Positions 1 through 9,433 of a stretch of 34,463 nucleotides of DNA are shown here, piece after piece. The notes below the pieces were generated by a model, which saw only the letters and a list, made by a program, of their open reading frames with translations, searched no databases and was not told the origin of the DNA. Every line of letters starts with the position of its first letter. Position 1 is the first letter of the stretch. The DNA is from Thraustochytrium aureum (Eukaryota), in assembly GCA_012862495.1 (NCBI GenBank), contig BLSG01000345.1, positions 127,624-162,086 of the forward strand, written 5' to 3'. A program made the translations under genes and the position numbers.

Positions 1-278
1 GTTGCCTCTCGGTTTGCTGAGGGTGACGATTTTGACCGAAGCAGCCACAACCCTCTGTTTGGCAAGATTGGCTCGCAGTCGCCCAACATCGACGTCTGAT
101 TCTTCGCCCCCCCCCCATCCCTCCCCGCTGCGCGCGCGTTTAAAAAATAAATAATTGCATCTGCACGCGCGAAAATCATTTCTTCCGTTCTCAAACTCTG
201 CTTCTGATGACCCACCGCTGCGTTGCCAGTTCGGCTTGGACGACGACTTGGATGAGCTGATGCGATCGAGGGTGGACC

Positions 279-2053
279 CTACAAGCTCGCTCGCCGAGGC
301 TCTTCCTCCCTCGGGGCGTGGGTTGCAACGTAGTTCTCGGGGTCGATGTGGAGCATCTTGGCCCAGTACTCGATGCAGGTGGAGCTCCAGTTGTTGACGA
401 CCTGGCCGGTGCTGGTCTTGTACCAGCTTGTGCACGAGTCGTTGTCAAACATGGTCTTCTTGAGATCCGCTTGGAGGCGCTCGAAATCGCGTTCGTAGGC
501 CGCCTCTTTGACTTGCAGAGAGGAGATGTTGTGGTCGAGCATGTGCTCAAGGAGCCCGAGGATGTAGTTCGCTTGGCATTCAATCATGAATATCTGCTCC
601 AGGAGCGCGGTCAGTTTGATTCGAGTCCTACTAGTCAAGCAAAAACCCCGCGGCCATGAGCGAGCGGGGACGACAGGCACCAACATAGCGAGCGCACTTA
701 CGATGGAGGCATGGCCCAAGTTGGAGCCTGGCCCGTATGTCACCCAAAAGTTGGGCAAGCCAGCGACGGCGCAGCTCTTGAACGCATGGGGGACGCCAGC
801 CCACATATCCTTGAGCGATTCTCCGCCAGCGCGCGAAACCGTCAAGCTCCCAAGGAAGTCGGTTGAGCGAAACCCCGTGGCGTAGATGAGCGCATCGCAG
901 GGCACTTTGCGCCCGTCTGCGAACTCGACCTCGCGCGGGTGAACCCTGGCAATGCCCTCTGTCTCGAGCTCAACGTTAGGGAGGGCAAACATCGGGATCC
1001 AGTCGCTGGTTAGTGCAACGCGTTTGCAAGTGAGCGGGTACGTCGGGACGACCTTGTCCCGCAGCTCGGCGCGCTTGCTGCCGAGCTGCTCGAGGATCTG
1101 GCCCCTCACCAAGCTTCGGATCCATTTGTTGGTCGTGTTGAGCGTCCAGGAGGGAACAAGCACGAAGAAGAGGAGCTCGTTGGTCGCCATCTGCAGCGCG
1201 CGCTTGGCCCAGGCAGGCCCGGGATGTTCATCAAGGCCCAGCGGAACCACTTCGGGTAAGCATAGTCATTTTTCTCCATGGTCCAAACCGGGGAACGTTG
1301 GACCACGCGGAGGCTCTTGCACAAAGGGGCGATTGCCGGAAACGCCTGGATCGCAGAGGGCCCCGTGCCGATTCCCACAATATTTTTCCCTTTCAGCTGG
1401 AAGCCATGGTCCCACTCCGCCGTGTGGAATGCGACGCCTTGGAATTCGTCAATTCCGGGCAGCTCGGGGATACTGGGGCGGTCGAGTTGGCCCACCGCGC
1501 TGATGAAGACCGTGAAAGCGGCGGTCTTCGATTCCCCGGCCGCGTTGGTCCATTCGAGCTCCCAGCCCTTGTAGCCGCGCTCCGCGTGGAATGTAGCGCG
1601 CTCAATCTTGCAGTGAAACTGCGTGACCTCGGCGAGGCCGTGCTTTTTCGCGACGTGGTTGATGTACATCAAGATTTCGTCGCGTTTGGCCCAGACCCGC
1701 GACCAGTCGAACATCTTCTCGAACGAAAAGCTGTACCAGTGGCTCGGTACATCGCAGGCTGCGTCCGGGTACGAGTTCTTGAGCCACGTCCCGCCAAACT
1801 CGCCCTCTCGCTCAAAGATCGTGACAGGGATCCCCGCGCGTTTCAGCTTGATGGCCAGGCACATGCCGCTGAACCCGGCCCCGCACACCGCGACCGAGAA
1901 CCCGGCCTGTTCGCACAAGCGCATCCTTCGGGCCCTCTCCCTTTCTTCTCTCCATCTATTCACCGCATCAACCACGGCCGCCGTGCCGGCCGCCGCGACC
2001 AGCGCCGCGAGCACGGACTTGGCCTTGCTCCAGCCCGCGGGCTGGGCCCCCAT
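279..2053 (-). CDS. Baeyer-Villiger-type flavin-dependent monooxygenase with N-terminal hydrophobic anchor; one intron (594-701) and one apparent frameshift (~1214)
   Basis: Motifs: GAGFSG (FAD), GGTWLKNSYPDAACDVPS, BVMO fingerprint FQGVAFHTAEWD, GTGPSA (NADPH) and YATGF. ORFs 1106-2158 and 279-1250 join if one G is restored (PGL-AWAKR). ATG at 2053. Confidence 0.9.
594..701 (-). other. 108-bp in-frame spliceosomal intron of the monooxygenase
   Basis: GTAAGT donor, CTGAC branch site and CAG acceptor. Removal restores the family-typical GHASI-IFMIECQ. Confidence 0.85.
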
Positions 2054-2995
2054 CTCTGCGAGCCGAACGCGAGAGAGAAGAGCAGAGTACTCGAATACAC
2101 TGCCGCGCGCCACGACGCCAGCCCCTGCTCCAAGTCCACTGCGAAGCGCACGCTGCAAGCAAGCGTACCGGGTACCAGAGCGGCGTCGAAGGATGTCTGA
2201 TTGATCAAGATCAGGCCGAAGGTCGATCGAGCGATTGATCGACTGTCAGTCCGCCTGGCGCCAAGGAAATGAAGGCATCGCGAACAACCTACGCAGCGTT
2301 TTTTTTCTGGCGCACGAGACACAACGGACTCCAGCCAGCGCGACCGACCTGACTTTGACGTCTCCACTAGGCCACCGTCATCGGCGACTTCGATCCGCGA
2401 GCCCCTCGTCAACATGTTTTCGTCGCCGATCAACGTCGGAGGGCAGACGTCCGCCAGGCTCTTCGCCGCCTCCAGCCCATGCTTTTGGCAAGATACAGGG
2501 CACCGCTCTGGGGCCTCTTCAGCCCGCGGCTTGCGTCGTGCGCAGGGATAGAATGTCCTGTGGCGGCAGCGCGCCAACCCAATGTGAGCACTCCAATGGT
2601 CTCTGACGTCCATCGTTGAGGACCAGGCACGGCAGGACGCGGGACAGCCATTTCGGGATGTTCTGTCGGGGACATTCGCGTTCGTGTCAGCTGGAAACTA
2701 AGAGCTTCGACCCCGCAATTCTCCTTGTCTCCCCTCCGAGTCCATGAAGGCGAAGGCGACGCCCTCCTCCTTCCCTCCCTCCCACGACAACACGAACAAC
2801 GCCGACAAGCCAAACGCGAGTGTCGCAGCGGCGCAGCTCGCGAGCCGTGGAGGACCACCACGTCACGCACAAACCAACCCACTCACCTCGTGCTCTCGTC
2901 GGGCGCGCAGGGACACGCCAACTCCACGTGCGTCGGTCGCCCAGCAGGGTCGATAGAAGACCTCGCTCGCACGGTTGTCGCGGCCCGAAGGGAAG

Positions 2996-3290
2996 ATGGA
3001 CAACGGCACAGCGCGCAAGTGCAAGGCCGAGCAGCGCGAGTCGCTCAAGTGCATCGAGGATAACTACGCGAATAAGGACGGTGCGTTTCAGGCAGCGGCG
3101 GAGGGGAAGGGGGTGGAGCCGGAAGCTGACTTGCGAGCGCCGACGTGTAGAAGCGTGCCAGAGCCTGTTTGACAAGTACAAGGCCTGCAAAAGGGAAGAA
3201 ACCCTGGAGCGAAACCTGCGCAACAACGGAGGCCGCGCACAAACCTTTTACCCGTGGGGGGACAAGCTCAGCGACTTGTGGACCAAATGA
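2996..3290 (+). CDS. Twin CX9C mitochondrial intermembrane-space protein, COX23-like (exons 2996-3080 and 3151-3290)
   Basis: C-KAEQRESLK-C and C-QSLFDKYKA-C are joined in frame by a 70-bp intron (GTGCGT...CTGAC...TAG, 3081-3150). Confidence 0.8.
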
Positions 3291-3386
3291 GTTTGGACTG
3301 GAAAACGCGGCTGTTGAGCGTCTGTCTGTGTAAAGCTGGCAGAGCCATGCGCTTTGCTTGACACCTTCGACGGAGCCTGTACGTCG

Positions 3387-3456
3387 TGCACGCGGTCGTT
3401 GCACGCGCACGCGGTCGTTGCGCGCACGCGGTCGTTGCGCGCACGCGGTCGTTGCG
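3387..3456. repeat. Tandem minisatellite, ~4 copies of (gc)gcacgcggtcgtt
   Basis: The unit gcacgcggtcgttgc is directly visible repeating with a 16-18 bp period. Confidence 0.85.
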
Positions 3457-3955
3457 ATGCGATGACTTCAAGACATGAGTTGCCAAATACGCAGCCGATG
3501 AACCGCGTCGAATCGCGAGGGCGTCGTCGCGCCAAGGCTTGGCTCGGCGGAGTAGGACCAGAGAGAAAAATTGACTTATTTCGTTCCTCCTGCTGCTCGC
3601 AAGTCAGTTCGTTCCTCGTGCCCCCGCAAGTCCACAAAACGCCATCCTGAGATCAAAGCGCAACGCTTCGCTGCGACCCGATTTCATTTCTTTCTGGCGG
3701 CATTGCCAAGGGCGGTCGGAAACCCGCGCCCCGCCGGCACGTACAAAATACACATAATGACCAAAGACGCGTGCCGCCGCCACAGAGCGCAAAACTGTGC
3801 CGTTCAGGGGCACACCGTTGCCTTTGCAGCCGATCAATTCAAGGGAGAGCGAGCATTCGCGCGATCGCGCCAAAACGCCCAGCATCCCCGGGCCCACGGC
3901 ACTTGGCTGCTTCTGGCGGCGCTTGACAGCACTTGGCCGCACCGAGCGAATGTAG

Positions 3956-5185
3956 CTAGGCGCCCTTAAACCGGTTGATGGTGATGAGCTTGCCAACACC
4001 GAGCTGGAACTTGCGCTTTGCGTTAAACTCCTTGAGCGTCTCGATGAGTTCAGTGTTCACCTCAGTCGATGCCGATGCACCGATGATCCATGGGTGCTTT
4101 AGTGCTTGCTCGGTGTTGAGCCGCTTGTCAGGGTTTTTCTGCAGCAGACCACGCACGAGGTCCTTGGCAGAGTCGCTAATCTTGTCCCAGTAGGGCGAAG
4201 GGAAGTCGTAGTCTGCCTCCTTGATAAGCTCAAACATCTCGCTGTCGCTCTCCGCGTAGAAAGGCGGGAACCCACACAAGAGGATATAGATGATCACGCC
4301 GATGCTCCACATGTCGACCGCTTTCCCATAGCCCTGCAGAAGCAGCACCTCGGGCGCCACGTATCCGGGAGTCCCGCAGGCCGTGTGCAGCAGCTCGCCG
4401 TTTGTGATAAACTTGGAGAGGCCAAAGTCGGCAATCTTGATCTGCGCTTGCGGGCTCCGGTCTGTGTAGAGAAGGTTCTCCGGCTTGAGGTCGCGGTGCA
4501 CGATGCCCAGGCCGTGCAAGTACTTGCAGGCGGCCACCATGCTGCGCGAGAGGTCCGAAGCGTCCTTTTCGCTAAAGGTTCCGTTCTCCACGATGCGGTC
4601 AAAGAGCTCCCCTCCGTCGAGGACGTCCATCACGAGGTAGAGCTTCTTGCGCGTCTCGAAGATCTCCTTGAGGTTGATCACGTTCGGGTGGTCTACCTGC
4701 TTGAGGATCGAGATCTCTGTGAGCAGCGCCTCGCGGTTCTCCTGCAGCGTCGCCTTGTCGATTATTTTGATCGCGTATGCCTTGCCCGTGGTCTTGAGCA
4801 CGCCGAGCTTGACAGTGGCGAACGTTCCCGCCCCGAGCTCGCGCTTGATTTCGTACAGGTCGCGAATGGTCATCTTGCTTGCTTGGTTGATTGCAGCCAC
4901 CCACTGGTTCATCGATTCCTCCGAATCGGCGCGCAGCAAGTACGACCGGCTGCAGGCGATCAGCTCAAAGACGTTGTCGCAGTCAACCTTGCCGCCCTTT
5001 TCGGTCGGGCTGACGGTGCAGCCCTCCAAGGGGATTACACCATCTGGGCGCGCGTCGCCTTCTTTCTTGAAATAGTGCATGAAGTTGTCCTTGATGACAA
5101 AGAAGCGCGCTTTCCACTCCTTGCCCTTGTGCCCGAGCGCTTTCAGCGTGCCGCGCAGACCATCGTCGCCGTGCAGCTGCCCCAT
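3956..5185 (-). CDS. PH-domain-containing CaMK-group Ser/Thr protein kinase
   Basis: N-terminal PH domain (GTLKALG..WKARFFVI...WVAAI). Kinase motifs GAGTFA, AIK, HRDLKPEN, DFG, GTPGYVAPE. C-terminal LKEFNAKRKF resembles a calmodulin-binding/autoinhibitory segment. Confidence 0.93.
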   Translation of the reverse strand: MGQLHGDDGLRGTLKALGHKGKEWKARFFVIKDNFMHYFKKEGDARPDGVIPLEGCTVSPTEKGGKVDCDNVFELIACSRSYLLRADSEESMNQWVAAINQASKMTIRDLYEIKRELGAGTFATVKLGVLKTTGKAYAIKIIDKATLQENREALLTEISILKQVDHPNVINLKEIFETRKKLYLVMDVLDGGELFDRIVENGTFSEKDASDLSRSMVAACKYLHGLGIVHRDLKPENLLYTDRSPQAQIKIADFGLSKFITNGELLHTACGTPGYVAPEVLLLQGYGKAVDMWSIGVIIYILLCGFPPFYAESDSEMFELIKEADYDFPSPYWDKISDSAKDLVRGLLQKNPDKRLNTEQALKHPWIIGASASTEVNTELIETLKEFNAKRKFQLGVGKLITINRFKGA

Positions 5186-6402
5186 TTTGACCGCTTGCTA
5201 GGCCTGCGACTTCGCCGAATCTCCTCGCGAAAGGCCACGCCGCGCAGCTGCGCTCTTCTTGTGCCACACCGCTTGAAGAATCACTCTGCGAGCGGCGTCG
5301 CTTAGCGCTCGCCAACGCGCGCGCCCGTGATTCCTGCCCGCCGCAGCCTTGCCTAGCTGCGTGTCTGTCTCGGTGCTCTTCAGCTCCGTCGTGCGCTCGC
5401 CGGGGTGCGCTGATTGTCGACCAGCTGGCACTTGTCCGTGGCACCACCGCCTGCAGCCTGATTCAATGCCGTGGTCGCGCTTGCTCGGCTCGCGGCCATC
5501 TGCGCCCGTGCTGTCAACGACTCTATGCGAGGCAGCTCCAGCGTATCGAGCAACGAGCATCGACCGCGGATTTACGAACGCTCTTCCACTCGGGCTCTGT
5601 TGAAATTGCCGTGAAGGAGCGCGTTGTTGCGCCGGGCTTTCTCTGTAGAAGCGCACCCAGCCGCGGCAAATGCCGGACGCCCGTGCACGAGAGAATGCTC
5701 GAGCTAGCTAGCGATGCCGCTTAACGCCTTCCCTGGGGTGCATCCCGCGACAAGGCGGCGGGCGGGCGGATGCGAACGGGCGGGCGGCCGCTCGGCACCC
5801 AACCGATACTTTTCAACGCACCTAACGGACATTCACCTTTCACTTGAACCAGGATCTCCCATGAGGGCGCCGCTCGCCGGCCAGGGAGCAGAGTCCGAGA
5901 GAGCCACGGTCGGCCAGTCGGCAAAGCAAGTAGCGTGGGGAGGCAAGTGCGGCGTTCGCTTCAGGCCAACTGAAGCACCTCTCTCTCTNNNNNNNNNNNN
6001 NNNNNNNNNNNNNNNNNNNNNNNNNNNNNNNNNNNNNNNNNNNNNNNNNNNNNNNNNNNNNNNNNNNNNNNNNNNNNNNNNNNNNNNNNNNNNNNNNNNN
6101 NNNNNNNNNNNNNNNNNNNNNNNNNNNNNNNNNNNNAGCAGACACGGCGGTAGCCCCATTGAAGCTGCAGCCAAACAGACGTGTCATGACGCGCTCCAGC
6201 GGCAGCGACCAACTCTTAGCAGCGCTCGTCTAATGCCACGATCAACGCCGGGTCTCGCAACTGAGAATGTAGCGAGGCGCGCCCAAGCAGGCGTATGTTG
6301 GACTGGCCGACAATTCTCCGCACGCCCACGCTGCGAGCCCATCCATCTACCCTGGCGTCAATGATGGCTGGCCCTCCTTGCCTGCACAAAGCAATTGGTT
6401 TT

Positions 6403-8730
6403 CTAAAAAGTTCCAAAAGTGCCCCTGCGGTCAGTGGTGATGCGCTGCGCCTCCCGTGCCTGGGCGCGATGCAAGCCCTTGGTCGCCCGGGCACACAACA
6501 AGACTTGAACAAGCGCCGCCGCAAAGACAGACACCGTTCCCAGTGCTAGTGCTGTGGCAGCAGCAGAGTCTGAGGCCGTCGCATGGCCCTGGTAGGCAGC
6601 GTGGCCCGTAACCTTGGCGTCGTTCGCCACTTCGCCGCACACATCGCGGTCTGGGGTCGCGAACCCAACACGCCGTCTCTCAAGGTCAAAGACGGTAGCG
6701 AACCCACGCAGGAGCGTGTCGCCAATGACTGTGCGCTCGTTCCCGGCCGGCTGGATGCCCAAGCAGTACACCGGCGCGCCCAAAACGTCATCCTTGTACT
6801 GCACAAAGTAGAGCGAGGGCGGCATCCTCAAGCGAACGCCGCCTCCAACAGTGAGAGAGATGGGCGGGAACCCATCCGGAGCTACCGTTAGGCAAATACC
6901 GGGTTGGAAGATGGACTGGGGCGTGCAGACGCCCGGCAGATGGCAGTAGCGCGTCTTGAAGAACTTGACGAGCGAGGTCCAGAGATCTGCCTCAAGCAGA
7001 AGGAGAGTTGTACCGGAATCGACGATGCTCTGCCGCGGAACCGCCGCGCCCGGCAGGGGGATAGTCGTCGACCCCACAGAGAGGCCAAGGAGCGCGATGC
7101 TGTAATATGTTCCGAAGAGCATCGTTGACAGCACGGGGACATAGCGGACCTTGTCTTTGTACAGGCCCTCGCGCTGGCCGTCTGAGCCGAGCACGAGCAC
7201 GCCGGACTCGTCGCCGAGGCACATCGAAAACACGCGCGGCGTGCCCAGGTCGTCAAGCATGAGGTCGTACACTGGCTCAAAGCAGGTCGGGTTGCAGTTC
7301 AGCCGCGGATACCCAAGCCCCAGGATACCGTCCACGCTACTCGGCCATGGGCCTTGCTCATTAACAGTCCTATACAGCGTCGTGTTCGGGAACGTCACGC
7401 CGCCGATCGTCACCGCGTCCTGGGCCACAACACCGTTGGCGGCCACGTGGTAGTCGGTGTCGCCGCCGTACTGGAGGAAGAAACCGCAGTCAGTCGGCTC
7501 GTCCGCGCTACAACAAGCCCCCTCCAGGGGCGAGCAGATGTCAGACTTGCACATCGGGCTTGAGCATGTGTTCGGCCCGCAGAGGCTAGAGTCGCACGGA
7601 ACCGGTCGCGCACTTGTGGATTCGCGCACGCTGTATGCACCGCCGGTCTTGTTTCCGTTCCTCACGCAGGACTTGCACTCGCGCGCCGTGACGACGAGCG
7701 AGGAGGACCCCGTGTCGACTTGGAGCCGCACGTCTTGCGGGGGCGACCCGATTCCTACAACTGCATAGTACTCGCCCAGCTTGGCGATCCCGCCGCTCAG
7801 CTGGATCACCANNNNNNNNNNNNNNNNNNNNNNNNNNNNNNNNNNNNNNNNNNNNNNNNNNNNNNNNNNNNNNNNNNNNNNNNNNNNNNNNNNNNNNNNN
7901 NNNNNNNNNNNNNNNNNNNNNNNNNNNNNNNNNNNNNNNNNNNNNNNNNNNNNNNNNNNNNNNNNNNNNNNNNNNNNNNNNNNNNNNNNNNNNNNNNNNN
8001 NNNNNNNNNNNNNNNNNNNNNNNNNNNNNNNNNNNNNNNNNNNNNNNNNNNNNNNNNNNNNNNNNNNNNNNNNNNNNNNNNNNNNNNNNNNNNNNNNNNN
8101 NNNNNNNNNNNNNNNNNNNNNNNNNNNNNNNNNNNNNNNNNNNNNNNNNNNNNNNNNNNNNNNNNNNNNNNNNNNNNNNNNNNNNNNNNNNNNNNNNNNN
8201 NNNNNNNNNNNNNNNNNNNNNNNNNNNNNNNNNNNNNNNNNNNNNNNNNNNNNNNNNNNNNNNNNNNNNNNNNNNNNNNNNNNNNNNNNNNNNNNNNNNN
8301 NNNNNNNNNNNNNNNNNNNNNNNNNNNNNNNNNNNNNNNNNNNNNNNNNNNNNNNNNNNNNNNNNNNNNNNNNNNNNNNNNNNNNNNNNNNNNNNNNNNN
8401 NNNNNNNNNNNNNNNNNNNNNNNNNNNNNNNNNNNNNNNNNNNNNNNNNNNNNNNNNNNNNNNNNNNNNNNNNNNNNNNNNNNNNNNNNNNNNNNNNNNN
8501 NNNNNNNNNNNNNNNNNNNNNNNNNNNNNNNNNNNNNNNNNNNNNNNNNNNNNNNNNNNNNNNNNNNNCCTTCCACTGCGCGTCTCCGCGACCAGCCCGT
8601 GCACCAGCCGCAGCTCGAGCGCGTTTGCGTGGCAGAGTGGCGGCCGCGCCAAGTCGGGCAGGGCCGCTTCGAGCACGCGTGCCGCACCTCTGTGGCGATT
8701 CCTGCGAGGAGCTGAGGGCGTGGAGGCCAA
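6403..8730 (-). CDS. A1-family (pepsin-like) aspartic protease with Cys-rich insert and C-terminal transmembrane helix; 5' part interrupted by gap 7812-8568, start uncertain
   Basis: Catalytic VDTGSS and VDSGTT, flap QYG, DGILGLG, VIGD, VFDLERRRVGFA and a hydrophobic tail (ALALGTVSVFAAALVQVLLC). LELRLVH upstream of the gap looks like a propeptide start. Confidence 0.88.
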   Translation of the reverse strand: MASTPSAPRRNRHRGAARVLEAALPDLARPPLCHANALELRLVHGLVAETRSGRXXXXXXXXXXXXXXXXXXXXXXXXXXXXXXXXXXXXXXXXXXXXXXXXXXXXXXXXXXXXXXXXXXXXXXXXXXXXXXXXXXXXXXXXXXXXXXXXXXXXXXXXXXXXXXXXXXXXXXXXXXXXXXXXXXXXXXXXXXXXXXXXXXXXXXXXXXXXXXXXXXXXXXXXXXXXXXXXXXXXXXXXXXXXXXXXXXXXXXXXXXXXXXXXXXXXXXXXXXXXXXXXXXXXXXXXXXXXXXXXXXXXXXXXXXXXXVIQLSGGIAKLGEYYAVVGIGSPPQDVRLQVDTGSSSLVVTARECKSCVRNGNKTGGAYSVRESTSARPVPCDSSLCGPNTCSSPMCKSDICSPLEGACCSADEPTDCGFFLQYGGDTDYHVAANGVVAQDAVTIGGVTFPNTTLYRTVNEQGPWPSSVDGILGLGYPRLNCNPTCFEPVYDLMLDDLGTPRVFSMCLGDESGVLVLGSDGQREGLYKDKVRYVPVLSTMLFGTYYSIALLGLSVGSTTIPLPGAAVPRQSIVDSGTTLLLLEADLWTSLVKFFKTRYCHLPGVCTPQSIFQPGICLTVAPDGFPPISLTVGGGVRLRMPPSLYFVQYKDDVLGAPVYCLGIQPAGNERTVIGDTLLRGFATVFDLERRRVGFATPDRDVCGEVANDAKVTGHAAYQGHATASDSAAATALALGTVSVFAAALVQVLLCARATKGLHRAQAREAQRITTDRRGTFGTF

Positions 8731-8939
8731 CGAGACAATTCACAGCCCAACCCGCTTGCTTGCCCGGCTGGCTCTCTGCAGGGCGCGGCGCACGCCGTGT
8801 GCTCTTCTGCTCGCGTTGGATACGCTTCTGCGCGGCGTGGCGGAAAATCCTCCGAGTCGCGGGACCAGTCGCGAGCCTCGTCACTTTGGGAGGTTATGTG
8901 ACGAGAATGCGTCGTGGGCGATGCTCGGCAATCGTGGAC

Positions 8940-9019
8940 TGGCCAGGCAGCCAGGAAGCCACACCACATGGCCAGGCAGCCAGCTCTAGCAAGAGCCAGC
9001 CAGGCGCATGGCCAGTCAG

Positions 9020-9051
<32 letters not shown>

Positions 9052-9068
9052 CGGCTGGCTGGCTGGCC
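8940..9068. repeat. CCAG-rich then (GCTG)n microsatellite-like tract in a divergent intergenic region
   Basis: ggccaggcagccag occurs twice, followed by a gctggctggctgg run at ~9021-9066. Confidence 0.75.
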
Positions 9069-9433
9069 GGTGGGAAATCGCAAGGGCGGTGGTCGTTACT
9101 CCACAATTTTGTGAACAACGTCAAGTTGACTTTCATCTTTTGAAATCAGCAGAAGAAGAAGAGCAGACCAAACGCGCCCGCATCTCGGAGCGCGGTCGCC
9201 CAAACGCGTACTCTCTCTCTAGAGAGAGAGCGAGAGAGCTTCATACCTCAGTCATCCTGGTGTTGCAGGCACAGTCGCAAACGCCAGATGCGACGAGCAC
9301 TCGTTCCTAAAACCGTTGCATTTTGCCGTGGCCCACGGTCGCCCGCGCTCGAGGAGATCACGGGGTTGGCCGGGACCAGTACCCGATCGCAATCGCGATG
9401 CGTCCTGATTGGTGAAGCGCACGGACAGCTTCG

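Noticed and set aside
1960..2956. ORFs between the monooxygenase and the CX9C gene
   Set aside because: No recognisable domain and non-coding-like composition. Treated as divergent promoter/UTR.
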